NCBI GenBank assembly: GCA_037447475.1
Contig: JBBIGP010000004.1
Coordinates: 7,713 to 71,712, forward strand
Reading direction: 5' to 3'
Origin: Candidatus Aminicenantes bacterium
GTDB lineage: Bacteria > Acidobacteriota > Aminicenantia > Aminicenantales > Saccharicenantaceae
Length of the DNA: 64,000 nt
Part shown: positions 28,135 to 37,850 of the stretch, piece after piece
Position numbering within the stretch: position 1 is the first letter of the stretch
Layout of the letters: every line of letters begins with the position of its first letter
Program-made: the position numbers and the translations under genes
Notes under the pieces: model-generated
The model's database searches: none
What the model was told of the DNA's origin: nothing
The model's input: the letters and a program-made list of their open reading frames with translations, nothing else

Positions 28135-29119
28135 GGTCCCTCCCTTCGAGATACCAGGCGACGATCTCCGCGAACTGCCGCTCGACGTCGTCGTCCGGAT
28201 CGTAGCCGAGCTCGGCGATCGTCTTCGAGATGTCGTAGGTCGTCTCGGTGGTGATCCGCTTGATCCGGTAGTAATTCAACTGCCGCTCCATCCGCGGGAA
28301 GATCTTGGACATGAACCCGGAGGCCCCGGCGACCGCGAAGGCGAACCAAACGGGGATATAAACGCGCTGTCGCCGCCCGAGCCCGGCCTGCAGGGCCCCG
28401 AAGAAATCCCGCCACGTCGGCATGACGCGGTTGGTCACGGTGTAGGCTCGGCCCTCGATCCCGTCCCGGGTCAGGGCCAGCTCCACGGCCCGGCAGAGGT
28501 TGCCGACATGGCAATAGCCGAACCGCCAGCGGCCGTTCCCGACGATGAGCGGCGCACCCCGTTCGCATCCCCGAAGAAGTTTGGCGCAAGTGACCCGGTC
28601 GTTGGGACCGAAAACGTCACCCGGGCGGAGGAGGACGAGAGGCAGCCGGCCGGCGGCATGTTCGGCCAGCAGCTCCCTCTCGGTCCGGATCTTGTGGCGG
28701 ACGTAGGGCATGAACTCGGCGGATTCCCCCGGCCGCCCTTCGGAGATGTCGAGGCCGTTGTACCCGAGGGTCAGGGCCGAGGAGAGATAGACGAAACGCC
28801 GCAGAGGGGCCCCGGCCGAACGCAGGCCGTCGACGAGGTTCCGGCTCGTGTCGAAGATGTTCGACCTGCATTCTTCGTCGTCCGCCATGTCGGAGACGAG
28901 GGCCGCGGCGTGGACGACGTACGGGACATCGCCGGGGAAAGCGATCCCCGCAGGCTCCCGGAGATCGCCGCGGATGAGACGGACATCGAGACCCTCGAGG
29001 AAACCGAGGTCCGAGGACTCCCGGACGAGGCCTTCGACGCGCCAGCCCCGTTCGATGAGGAAACGGCAGAGGTTGGAGCCGATGAAGCCGTTGGCGCCGG
29101 TGATCAGGACGCGCTTCAT
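28115..29119 (-). CDS. Extended SDR, NAD-dependent epimerase/dehydratase 2
   Basis: Start ATG 29119 (MKRVLITGANGFIGS), an ATGA overlap with the PAP2 gene stop. PYVRHK YxxxK motif. The longer track ORF (to 30160) is a frame read-through artefact. Confidence 0.85.
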   Translation of the reverse strand: MKRVLITGANGFIGSNLCRFLIERGWRVEGLVRESSDLGFLEGLDVRLIRGDLREPAGIAFPGDVPYVVHAAALVSDMADDEECRSNIFDTSRNLVDGLRSAGAPLRRFVYLSSALTLGYNGLDISEGRPGESAEFMPYVRHKIRTERELLAEHAAGRLPLVLLRPGDVFGPNDRVTCAKLLRGCERGAPLIVGNGRWRFGYCHVGNLCRAVELALTRDGIEGRAYTVTNRVMPTWRDFFGALQAGLGRRQRVYIPVWFAFAVAGASGFMSKIFPRMERQLNYYRIKRITTETTYDISKTIAELGYDPDDDVERQFAEIVAWYLEGRDRGRVDR

Positions 29120-30039
29120 GGCCCCTCGCCGGCCCGCCGGCTGGCCCGGGAGTCCCATGCCTTCCGGACGACCGGCGACACGAGCAGGACGGGAACGGCC
29201 ACGGCGATGCCGATGACGGCATCGGTGAAATAATGGAAACGGCCGTAAACGGTCGAAACGTAGACGGACAGGACGATGGGGGCCAGCACCCAGAATCCCC
29301 ACCGGGCGTGTCTCTTGGCCATGAACCACATGACCGTGGCCGCGGCGCAGTGGGGGCTGGGGATGGTCCCGCCCGGGGCGTGGAAATGCGTCCGGATGTA
29401 CTCGGCGGCCTGTCCGAATCCGCGGACGGGGAGAGGCTCCGTCAAAAGGCCCCGGACGCTGTCCCAGTGCAGCGGGCCCTTGACGGGAAACAGGATGAAG
29501 CCCCATCCGCAGAGGAGGTTCACGAGCCCCAACCCGAAGAGATAATCCTCGTTGGCGGACTCGCCGCGCCGGAAATAGATGACCGCCCCGAGCAGGGGAT
29601 AGATGACGACGTAGGCGACGTAGACGAAGAACATCCAATCGGAGAGCAGGGGAGAATAGAGCTTCTGGATCCAGACGAGCGGCTGGGTCTTGAAGAGCGC
29701 GCTTTCCCAGCGGAGCACGGCGTTGTCGTTCCAGCCGAAGAACAGCAGCTGGAGATCGCGGCTCATGAGGTAGATCTGCAGCAAAAGGATCTGGACCGAT
29801 CCCGTCCGGACCAGGAATCGCAGCCAACGGGGACGCAGGCTGGGAAGAACGGCGACGGCGGCCAGATAGGGGAAAAGGAAGAGGAGGTGCCGCCCGATGA
29901 TCGGCCAGGGATCGGCCAGCCTCGCACGGAACACGACGGCCAGGAGGACGAGCACCGCGCTCCCGCCGAGGACCACGGCGTCGGCGGGCCTCAGGCCTAG
30001 CCCCAGGATGCGGACGGAGAGTGGACCGCCCTTGGTCAA
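29116..30039 (-). CDS. PAP2-superfamily membrane phosphatase/phosphotransferase (PAP2_3-like)
   Basis: Polytopic. C-terminal PAP2 motifs IPSPHCAAAT (SxH) and GRFHYFTDAVIG (RxxxxxHxxxD). TTG start overlapping the upstream stop (TTGA). Confidence 0.7.
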   Translation of the reverse strand: MTKGGPLSVRILGLGLRPADAVVLGGSAVLVLLAVVFRARLADPWPIIGRHLLFLFPYLAAVAVLPSLRPRWLRFLVRTGSVQILLLQIYLMSRDLQLLFFGWNDNAVLRWESALFKTQPLVWIQKLYSPLLSDWMFFVYVAYVVIYPLLGAVIYFRRGESANEDYLFGLGLVNLLCGWGFILFPVKGPLHWDSVRGLLTEPLPVRGFGQAAEYIRTHFHAPGGTIPSPHCAAATVMWFMAKRHARWGFWVLAPIVLSVYVSTVYGRFHYFTDAVIGIAVAVPVLLVSPVVRKAWDSRASRRAGEGP

Positions 30040-31034
30040 GCGCTTTCTCCCCGGCGACGTGGCCTTCCGGGCACGACCGCGTCCGCCGCCCGCCGGACGG
30101 AGTCCCGCATGGTCCTCTCCGCCCGGAAACCCAGGTCCCGTTCGAACCTCGAGCCGTCATAGATCCAATGATAGGCCCGGCCGGACCTTACGATCTCCCG
30201 GGTCAGAAGGGGCGGGCGGCGGCTGAGGCGGGCGGTCTTCTCGGACAGCCAGGCGGCCATGATCTGGACGATATAGGGCACGCGCAGGACCGGTCCTCGG
30301 AGCCCGAGCTCGTCACGGACGGCCTCGAGGATGTCCTTCCAGGCATAGGCCCGGCCGTCGGTCACAAAGAAAGTCTTTCCGACGCTGCGGGGGTCCTCGG
30401 CCGCGAGGATGAGGGCTCTGACGAGGTCCTCGACGTCGATGAGGCTCGTCCGGGGGCGGCCGTTCCCGAGCGAGGGGACGATCCGCCGGCGCATCATCCT
30501 GACGGCTTCCTCGAGCTCGGGCTGCCCCGGGCCGAGCACGTTCGGCGGGCGGAGGATGGTCGCCGGGAGGCGGTCGAAGGCGGCCCTGACCAGCTTTTCG
30601 GCCTCGAGCTTGCTGCGGCCGTAGGGCGAGACCGGCCGGGGCTCGGCGTCCTCGTCGAGGATCCCGCCCTCCGGGCTCGGGCCCGCGGCGGCGATGCTGG
30701 AGACGAAGACGAAGCGTTCGAGACCAGGGGCGGCCCGCAGGCAGGCTTCGAGAAGGTTTGACGTCCCCCGGACGTTGGCCGCATCATAGGCCTCCCAGCT
30801 CGGGGCGCTGATGGCACCGGCCAGGTGGAAGACGACATCCCGACCCTTGACGGCCGGGAGCAAGGAAGCGGCGTCCCGGAGATCGCCTTCGATAAGGGAG
30901 ACCGGGAGGTCCCGAAGCCTGGTCGTCCGGCTCGTCGGGCGGACGAGGCAGGAAACGTCGGCGCCCCTGCGGACCAAGGCTTCGACGAGATGACCGCCGA
31001 TGTAGCCGCTGGCGCCCGTGACCAGCGCCTTCAT
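30036..31034 (-). CDS. Extended SDR, NAD-dependent epimerase/dehydratase 3
   Basis: Start ATG 31034 (MKALVTGASGYIGGHL) with GAGAGGG SD. YGRSK catalytic motif. Confidence 0.85.
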   Translation of the reverse strand: MKALVTGASGYIGGHLVEALVRRGADVSCLVRPTSRTTRLRDLPVSLIEGDLRDAASLLPAVKGRDVVFHLAGAISAPSWEAYDAANVRGTSNLLEACLRAAPGLERFVFVSSIAAAGPSPEGGILDEDAEPRPVSPYGRSKLEAEKLVRAAFDRLPATILRPPNVLGPGQPELEEAVRMMRRRIVPSLGNGRPRTSLIDVEDLVRALILAAEDPRSVGKTFFVTDGRAYAWKDILEAVRDELGLRGPVLRVPYIVQIMAAWLSEKTARLSRRPPLLTREIVRSGRAYHWIYDGSRFERDLGFRAERTMRDSVRRAADAVVPGRPRRRGESA

Positions 31035-31202
31035 GCCGCCCTCTCTGACAATCGCCCTCCGGTCGGGATGGAATGAAATGGGTTTGATTCTAGCAAAAGC
31101 CGAGGGCCGAGCCAAGCCCCCCCGGCGCCGGCCCCCGGCGCCGGACGCCCCGTCGGATGACCTCGCCCGGCCTCGGGCCAAGGACCGGCGGGAATGCCCC
31201 GG

Positions 31203-31688
31203 TCAATCCGTTCTATGGATCGGTTGACTCGTGGCCCGCAGGAGAAACGAGCGGCCTGCCCGGGTGACGGCCCGGACCACGACCTCGGCCCGGGTCCCCG
31301 TTTCCCACTTGGGACCGCCCCTTGCGATCTTCTCGAGCTGATGGGGATGGAGGCCGTCGCGGGGCCTGTTCTCTCCCGAGAACGCCGTCTCCCAGACGTC
31401 CCGGCCGTTGATGACCCAGAGGCGGTCGGCGTCGAGGTCGGAGGGGAAAGGCTGGAGGTCGACGGCCGTGATCCGCACGACGGCCCTGAGATCGGAGCCA
31501 TCGGGAGGGCTGACCGGCATGAAGTCGCGCCAGAGAAAGGTCTCTAGAACGTACTTTCGCCCGGCGACCTCGATCTCCAGCGGGGCGGACAGCAGTTCCT
31601 CCAGAGGAACGGAAGGGACGGTCGGGCCGGGGCAGCCGACGGCCAAGAAGACCGCCGCGGCGGCGATCCTAGGGAACGGCTTCCTCAT
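31203..31688 (-). CDS. Hypothetical lipoprotein
   Basis: MRKPFPRIAAAAVFLAVGC lipobox. No recognisable domain. Confidence 0.55.
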   Translation of the reverse strand: MRKPFPRIAAAAVFLAVGCPGPTVPSVPLEELLSAPLEIEVAGRKYVLETFLWRDFMPVSPPDGSDLRAVVRITAVDLQPFPSDLDADRLWVINGRDVWETAFSGENRPRDGLHPHQLEKIARGGPKWETGTRAEVVVRAVTRAGRSFLLRATSQPIHRTD

Positions 31689-31867
31689 GGGACGGACACC
31701 TTCAATAAAAATAGGGCCATCGAGGGAGGCTGTCAAGCGCACCCTCTGATCTGTCAGCGCTCATGTCCGCACACAGAGCCCTTCCGGGCCTTGACTTGCG
31801 AAGGGGAAATGATTAATTATCTGAATATCGAGAATCCGAAACTCATATTGTCAAAGGAGGGAAAGAA

Positions 31868-34576
31868 ATGAAAAAGCCGCTCATCGCGCTGGGCATGATA
31901 GCCCTGTTCCTCATGACGGCCGCCGTCTCCGCGCAGGAGCGCGGCTCGGTCCGCGGCGTCGTCAAGGACCAGGACGGGAACGCCATCCAAGGCGCCACCG
32001 CGACGATCGCGGGGGCATTCCTTCCGCGGGGGAGGGAGTTCGTCACCGGCCGTGACGGGATCTTCCTCTTTCAGGCCCTGCCGCCGGGCAATTATACGCT
32101 TCTCATCATCCATCCGCAGATGATGGACTATACGTCCGATGTCATCGTGGCCCTCGACCGGCAGACGGCCGTCAACGTCACGATGTCCGCCGTCGGCCGG
32201 GTCCAGGAGGAGATCACGGTCATGGCCGCCTCGCCCATCGTGGACCTGAAATCGACGTCGATCTCCGCGAGCTGGCACAAGGACCTCGTCGAGAAGCTGC
32301 CCATGGGCCGGTCCTACGCCTCGCTCTTCCAGCTGGCCCCCGGGGTCGCGGACAACCGCGATTTCGCGCCCAATGCCGGGGGGAACAAGCAGGACAACGT
32401 CTATCTCTACGACGGCTCGAACATCACGAATCCCCTTTTCGGGTATCTCGGGGCGAACTTCTCCGAGCTCGACATCCAGGAGGTCAACATCAAGAGGGGA
32501 GGCGTCACCGCCGAGTTCGGGCGGGCCGCGGGAATGGTCACCAACGCCGTCACTAAATCGGGCTCGAACACGGTCTCAGGCTCGATGCGGTTCATCTTCG
32601 AGCCCGCCGCGTTCACGGCCGGCTTCGTCGACCCCAACATCGTCACTAAATACAACCAGTACCAGCCGGCCGTCGGCGTCGGCGGCCCTCTCGTCAAGGA
32701 CAAGCTGTTCTGGTACGTCTCGGGGAACCTCCCTTACTCCCTGACCACGGGCCGGGTCAACAACTTAGGCAGCGTCCCGGATTCCAAGAGGACCTCGAAC
32801 GAGTTCTTCGGCAAGATCACCGCCAACCCCCACAAGGCCCACACGATCACCCTGAGCATCCGCAACAACGACTACAAGAACAGAGACGCGGGGATCGGCG
32901 TCAACGACCATCCGAGCGCCGCCTACGACAGCGAAGGATTGAACCGGATCATCTACGGATCTTGGGTCTGGACGATCTCCCAGAACACGATCCTCGAGAC
33001 CCGCTACAACCACGTCAACGAGGACTATTCCGCTGTTCCCATTACGGATCTCGGCTACCGCCCGGCCTTCGACATCAACAACCTTCCGGCCATGGGCTAT
33101 TTCCGGACGGCGACAGGCTATATCGTCGGCGGGGCCACGGCCAGCGGCCAGTTCGTCGGCGGCTATTCAATGAAAGACACCCAGAACTTTTTCCGGGATG
33201 AGCTCAAGTTCGTCCTGAGCCACTATGCGGATTTCCGCGGGCACTCCCATGTGCTGAAGGCGGGATTCTCTTACGACGACGGCGGGGAGTACCTGGACAG
33301 GATCGCCAACGGTTGGGGCTCCATCACCGTGACCACCTACGGAGGCCAGCCCGTTTTCCGGGCCGCGTATTACTCCGAGCAGGCCCCCCAGGATTCCCGG
33401 GGCCGGACCTATTCCATCTTCATACAGGACACGGCCACGATCGGCGAGCGCTTGACCCTGACCGCGGGCCTGCTCTTCAACCGGGACGAGTTCAGCGCCA
33501 AAACGGCCGCCGAAAAGAACACCTTCCTCAGATTCAGTTTCGAGCAGGAAGTCCAGCCGCGCATCGGGCTCGCGTTCACCCTCGACCCCAAAGCCGGCGA
33601 CAAGATCTACGCCAACTGGGGCCGTTACAACAACATGGACAACCGCAGCCTGTCCCGGGCCGCAGCCCCTATCCGGATCTTTCTGTCCGATGCCTATTTC
33701 CTCCGCTCGGACGGCTCCCTGATCGCCGACCTTCCCCGCACCGCGGAGACCGGCAAGGTCATCCTGCCAGGCCTCAAACCGACCTACACGGATGAGGTCG
33801 TGGGCGGATACAGCCGGCCGCTCGGCCGCGTCTGGAGCATCGATGTCTGGGGCCAGTATCGGACCATGAAGAACGTCATCGAGGATTTCCCGACCCGTAA
33901 CAGGGAAACCTCCCCAAGCCAGTATGTTTACGCAAACCTCAACGGGCAAACCATCTCTTATGGCGGGAACCCTGCGTTCGAAGCCGGCAAGGCCCGCCGC
34001 GTCTACAAAGCCGCCAGCTTCGAGCTCAAGAAGCAGTACGCGGACCGCTGGTCGATGACGTTCATGTACACCTGGAGCCGTCTCGAGGGGAACTGGGACC
34101 TCGACTATGCCGCGTCGGCGTTGTTCTACGCCTCTTCCGCTCTCGAGGATGGCCCCGGCCTGTACGTCAGCGACCCCAACCGCGACGGGCTCCTTATCGG
34201 GCACAGGACCCACGTCCTCAAGTTCTTCGGAAGCTGGGAATTCTACAAGAACTTCACCCTGGGCTGGTTCAGCCGGATCCAGAGCGGCCGTCCTTGGGAA
34301 TCGCGGGGCTTGGATTACGTCAACAGCTACCGCAGATACCTGGAGCCGGCCGGATCGAACACCCTCAAGGACTGGGGCAACCTCGACCTACAGGTGTCCT
34401 ACGCAATCCCCATTGGCCGGACGTTCCACGGCATAATTGAGGCCCGCATCATGAACCTCTTCAACGACCAGACGGCGCTGACCATCGACCAGCGCGCAGA
34501 CCAGCCCACTTTCAAGAACCCGACATCCTATGCGCCGCCGAGGAAGTTCGCACTCTCGTTCCACCTCAACTTCTGA
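31868..34576 (+). CDS. TonB-dependent-receptor-like outer-membrane beta-barrel with N-terminal CarboxypepD_reg domain
   Basis: Signal peptide. GSVRGVVKDQDGNAIQGATATI...PPGNYTLLI (carboxypeptidase-regulatory fold), a plug-like segment, a long barrel, and a C-terminal aromatic residue (LNF). AAAGGAGGG SD. Confidence 0.85.
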   Translation: MKKPLIALGMIALFLMTAAVSAQERGSVRGVVKDQDGNAIQGATATIAGAFLPRGREFVTGRDGIFLFQALPPGNYTLLIIHPQMMDYTSDVIVALDRQTAVNVTMSAVGRVQEEITVMAASPIVDLKSTSISASWHKDLVEKLPMGRSYASLFQLAPGVADNRDFAPNAGGNKQDNVYLYDGSNITNPLFGYLGANFSELDIQEVNIKRGGVTAEFGRAAGMVTNAVTKSGSNTVSGSMRFIFEPAAFTAGFVDPNIVTKYNQYQPAVGVGGPLVKDKLFWYVSGNLPYSLTTGRVNNLGSVPDSKRTSNEFFGKITANPHKAHTITLSIRNNDYKNRDAGIGVNDHPSAAYDSEGLNRIIYGSWVWTISQNTILETRYNHVNEDYSAVPITDLGYRPAFDINNLPAMGYFRTATGYIVGGATASGQFVGGYSMKDTQNFFRDELKFVLSHYADFRGHSHVLKAGFSYDDGGEYLDRIANGWGSITVTTYGGQPVFRAAYYSEQAPQDSRGRTYSIFIQDTATIGERLTLTAGLLFNRDEFSAKTAAEKNTFLRFSFEQEVQPRIGLAFTLDPKAGDKIYANWGRYNNMDNRSLSRAAAPIRIFLSDAYFLRSDGSLIADLPRTAETGKVILPGLKPTYTDEVVGGYSRPLGRVWSIDVWGQYRTMKNVIEDFPTRNRETSPSQYVYANLNGQTISYGGNPAFEAGKARRVYKAASFELKKQYADRWSMTFMYTWSRLEGNWDLDYAASALFYASSALEDGPGLYVSDPNRDGLLIGHRTHVLKFFGSWEFYKNFTLGWFSRIQSGRPWESRGLDYVNSYRRYLEPAGSNTLKDWGNLDLQVSYAIPIGRTFHGIIEARIMNLFNDQTALTIDQRADQPTFKNPTSYAPPRKFALSFHLNF

Positions 34577-34799
34577 TCCGGCGTTTCGTTCGGGAAGAAA
34601 AGGGCGGCGACGTCTTCTTTTCGGCGGCGAGCACCCCGGCGGCCATGAACCCCCGGGGGGACATCTCCTGGATCCAGACCCGGATCGTCTCGAGAGGGGC
34701 GCCGATGGATTCGTGGACGGCCTCCGTGACGGCCGCGAGCAGGGCCTTCTTCTGATCGTCCGTCCGGCCTTCGAGGAGGTGGATCTCGATGAGCGGCAT
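34566..34799 (-). CDS. 4-oxalocrotonate tautomerase family protein
   Basis: MPLIEIHLLEGRTDDQKKALLAAVTEAV with catalytic Pro1. Overlaps the 3' end of the OMP gene by 11 nt (convergent). Confidence 0.8.
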   Translation of the reverse strand: MPLIEIHLLEGRTDDQKKALLAAVTEAVHESIGAPLETIRVWIQEMSPRGFMAAGVLAAEKKTSPPFSSRTKRRIRS

Positions 34800-34906
34800 G
34801 GGCGGCTCCTTTCGGGCCTATTCTATCAAAAAAGGGGCAGTGATTCCGGCGCGCGGTTGACTTTGGCCAGGGCTTCTGATAAACAAATGAGCGAAGGCGG
34901 GCCATC

Positions 34907-35254
34907 ATGACCATAGCGACCCGAGACACGGACGGCGTTGTCATTTTCGACATCACGGGCGAGATCCGGCGCTCCGACAACATGGAAACGACTCTCCATC
35001 ACCTCGTCAAGTCCCACCTCGACCGGGGCAAGCGCAGGATCATGCTCAACTTGGAGAAGGTCGATTTCATCGACAGCTTCGGCGTCGGCGAGATCCTCGC
35101 TAGCTACATCTCCACCCAGAACCTGGGCGGGAGGTTCAAGCTCTTCAGCATCTCGAAAAAGCTCCTCCTCATCTTCCAGATCACGATGCTGACCAAGGTC
35201 CTCGACATCTACGAGGACGAGGGCTGCGCCCTGCGGAGTTTCGAACAGGCGTGA
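34907..35254 (+). CDS. STAS-domain protein (anti-sigma-factor antagonist, SpoIIAA/RsbV-like)
   Basis: 115 aa. VVIFDITGEI...IMLNLEKVDFIDSFGVGEIL carries the DSxG phosphorylatable-Ser motif. Confidence 0.85.
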   Translation: MTIATRDTDGVVIFDITGEIRRSDNMETTLHHLVKSHLDRGKRRIMLNLEKVDFIDSFGVGEILASYISTQNLGGRFKLFSISKKLLLIFQITMLTKVLDIYEDEGCALRSFEQA

Positions 35255-35281
35255 CCGGGCCGGCGCTGAGCGCGACGCTCC

Positions 35282-37849
35282 ATGCCTGACGACGGCCGGC
35301 TGAACAGGTTCCTGAACCGTTTCGGCTTCGCCGATGTCCGCGTCCCCGAAACGCGGGCCGTGTCCTATCTCTTCGCCCTCTTCTTCCTGACGACATTCTC
35401 GTTCTACATCATCAAGCCGGTCAAGGAGACCTTCCTCATCGGGGTGACTCCCGCCTGGTGGCCGTACGCGGACCTGGCCACGGCCCTGCTCATCGGCTTC
35501 GTCGTGGCCCTCAACGCCAGGCTCCTCAACCGCCTTCCGCGGCGGGCCTACTTGACGGGGACCGTCCTGTTCTTCGCCGCCTGCTTGTTCGTCTTCTGGT
35601 ACGTTTTCGACGCCGCCCTGCAGCTCCAGATCCGGACGCCCGTGATCCACTCCTCGGCCATTTTCGGCGTCATTCCCTTCCAGGTCGCCGTCCGCAACAT
35701 CTGGCCCCTTCCGGTGTTCGCCTTCAGCTTCTTTTCCGATGTCTTCATCGCCATGTCCGTCACCCAGTTCTGGATCGCGGTCAACGATACCCTCGATCCC
35801 TACCAGGCGAAGAGGACGGTCGGCCTGTTCGTCTCGGGGGGGCTGTTGGGCGGGATCGCCGGCGCCCTCCTGACGTCCCTCCTCGTCCGCGTCGTCGGCC
35901 CCGAGAACCTTCTCCTCGCCTGCCCCGGCATCCTCCTCGTCGTCCTGGCCGCCGTCCGCCTCGTCTACGGCGAGCAGAAAAAGCACAGGGGGGAGGCCGA
36001 GCCCTCGGCATCCCCGCCCAAGGCCCGGGTCGGCTACCTGGAGAGCTTCGGCGCCGTCCGGAGGAACAGGTATCTCCTGCTCCTGGCCGGGCTCCTGGCC
36101 TCGGCCATGGTCGCCGGGTCGCTCATCAACTATCAGTTCAAGATCGTCGTCAAGAGCGTCTTCGCGAGCAGCGTCGACCGGACCTCGTTCCTGGGCTCGT
36201 TCTTCTTCGCCATTCTCGTCCTCTCGACCCTTTTCCATCTGGCCGCCACGCGCCTCGTCCTGAAGAATTTCGGCATCCGGCTGGCCCTCCTCGTGGCCCC
36301 CGTGGTCCTGCTCCTCGGCTCGCTCTCGGTCTTCCTCCTCCCGGCCGGCGCCCTGATGGCCTGGGCCAGTCTCGTCAGGGGCGGCGACAAGATCTTCGAC
36401 AACACGATCGGCCAGTCGGTCCGGGAGCTGCTCTACATCCCCGTCCCGGACGAGATCAAGTACAAGGCCAAGATCTTCATCGACATGTTCGTCAACAAGT
36501 TCGCCGTCGGGCTCGGGGCCGGGCTGTTCCTCCTGCTCTACCACGCGTCGCGCTTCGCCTACAAGGCCGAACCGGCGCAGGTCCGGGAGGTCGGCGTCCT
36601 GGCCGTCGCCTTCATCGCCCTCTGGATGGTTCTCACGGGCGTCGTCTACGGGGAGTACCCGAGCGTCGTGAAGAAGGACCTGGCCCGCAAGTGGAAGGAC
36701 GCCGACAAGGTCGTCGAGGAGAGCGTGGACGTCGATGTGACCCGCCGCGTCTTCGACACCGTCCAGAGCCGGGAGCGGAGCGCGACCCTGTACGTCATGA
36801 ACGTCTTCGACCTCATGCGCCGCGGCCGCCTCAGCCCCGAGCTCAAGGAGCTCTTGGGATCCCAGAGGGACGAGCTCAGGGCCCGGTCCATGGACTGCTT
36901 GTTCGACGTCGGGGGAGAGGTCTTCTTCCAGGGGTTCGAGGAGGCCATCGCCGACGAGGACTTCGGGAAAGAGGTCGAGAAGGTCATCCAGTCGGACGAT
37001 TACAAGGCCCTCATGGAGGGACGCCTCGAGACGGTCGCCGGGTCCGCGTCGGAGATCGAGCGCATGGAAGCGGCCAGGCTCATCGGGATGATGGACCCGA
37101 CGCCCCGGGCCATGAGGGTCCTGAGCGTCCTTCTCCAGGACCCCTCGTCCGAGGTCGCAACGTACGCCCTCGACAGCGCGGCGATCCACCGGAGGAAAGA
37201 GCACATCCCCCTGGCTCTCTCCCAGCTGAGCAATCCCTTGACCTGCCAGGGCGCCCAGGCCGCCTTGGCCGCCTACGGCCCGGCCGCCGAGGAGGCCCTG
37301 AGAGCGGCCCTCCAGGACGAAGACCTGCCCCCCGGCGTCCGCCGGGCCATCCCCGATGTCCTGGGCCGGATCGGGACCCAGCGGGGGGCCGACATCCTTC
37401 TCGCCGAGCTCGGGAGGTGCGGCGAGGACATGGAGCCGGAGATTGTCGGAGCCCTTTACAGGATCCGCTCCGCCCGGCCGGGCGTTCTGTTCAAGGAGAA
37501 GAAGGTCCGTCCCGAGATCCTCCGCCTGGTCAGGAAAGCGGGGGAGATCTTCCTCGAGAGGGTCCTGGACGGACAGGACCCCGGCGCCACGGCGGCCCTC
37601 GACCTTCATGTCAAGCGGATTTTCGACCTGCTGACGCTCGTCCAACCGGCCGAGGACGTCGTCAAGGCCTACCAGAACATCCTTCAAGGGACGAAGCGGT
37701 CTGTCGATTATTCCCTCGAGCTTCTCGACAACCTGCTCGATCGGGAGCTCAAGAGGGCCCTCTTCCCGCTCCTCGAGGACCTCCCGCCCGAGGACAGGAG
37801 CGTCCGGCTGAGAAAGGCCCTTCGGGGCCTCGGCCGGGGCCGGGGTTGA
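35282..37849 (+). CDS. TLC/NTT-family (ATP/ADP translocase-like) transporter fused to C-terminal HEAT-repeat domain
   Basis: N-terminal ~440-aa polytopic domain with TLC signatures (FSFYIIKPVKETFLI; DNTIGQSVRELLYIPVPDEIKYKAKIFIDMF). The cytoplasmic tail has HEAT/PBS-lyase-like repeats (LQDPSSEVATYALDSAA; DEDLPPGVRRAIPDVLGRIG). Confidence 0.85.
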   Translation: MPDDGRLNRFLNRFGFADVRVPETRAVSYLFALFFLTTFSFYIIKPVKETFLIGVTPAWWPYADLATALLIGFVVALNARLLNRLPRRAYLTGTVLFFAACLFVFWYVFDAALQLQIRTPVIHSSAIFGVIPFQVAVRNIWPLPVFAFSFFSDVFIAMSVTQFWIAVNDTLDPYQAKRTVGLFVSGGLLGGIAGALLTSLLVRVVGPENLLLACPGILLVVLAAVRLVYGEQKKHRGEAEPSASPPKARVGYLESFGAVRRNRYLLLLAGLLASAMVAGSLINYQFKIVVKSVFASSVDRTSFLGSFFFAILVLSTLFHLAATRLVLKNFGIRLALLVAPVVLLLGSLSVFLLPAGALMAWASLVRGGDKIFDNTIGQSVRELLYIPVPDEIKYKAKIFIDMFVNKFAVGLGAGLFLLLYHASRFAYKAEPAQVREVGVLAVAFIALWMVLTGVVYGEYPSVVKKDLARKWKDADKVVEESVDVDVTRRVFDTVQSRERSATLYVMNVFDLMRRGRLSPELKELLGSQRDELRARSMDCLFDVGGEVFFQGFEEAIADEDFGKEVEKVIQSDDYKALMEGRLETVAGSASEIERMEAARLIGMMDPTPRAMRVLSVLLQDPSSEVATYALDSAAIHRRKEHIPLALSQLSNPLTCQGAQAALAAYGPAAEEALRAALQDEDLPPGVRRAIPDVLGRIGTQRGADILLAELGRCGEDMEPEIVGALYRIRSARPGVLFKEKKVRPEILRLVRKAGEIFLERVLDGQDPGATAALDLHVKRIFDLLTLVQPAEDVVKAYQNILQGTKRSVDYSLELLDNLLDRELKRALFPLLEDLPPEDRSVRLRKALRGLGRGRG

Positions 37850-37850
37850 A

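Noticed and set aside
34826-37687. 953-aa minus-strand ORF and the 829-aa plus-frame ORF (35458-37947) across the TLC-HEAT gene
   Set aside because: Both are shadow ORFs of the 35282-37849 gene. Only that frame yields TM helices and TLC/HEAT motifs. The alternatives are Arg/Pro/Gly-rich with no motif.
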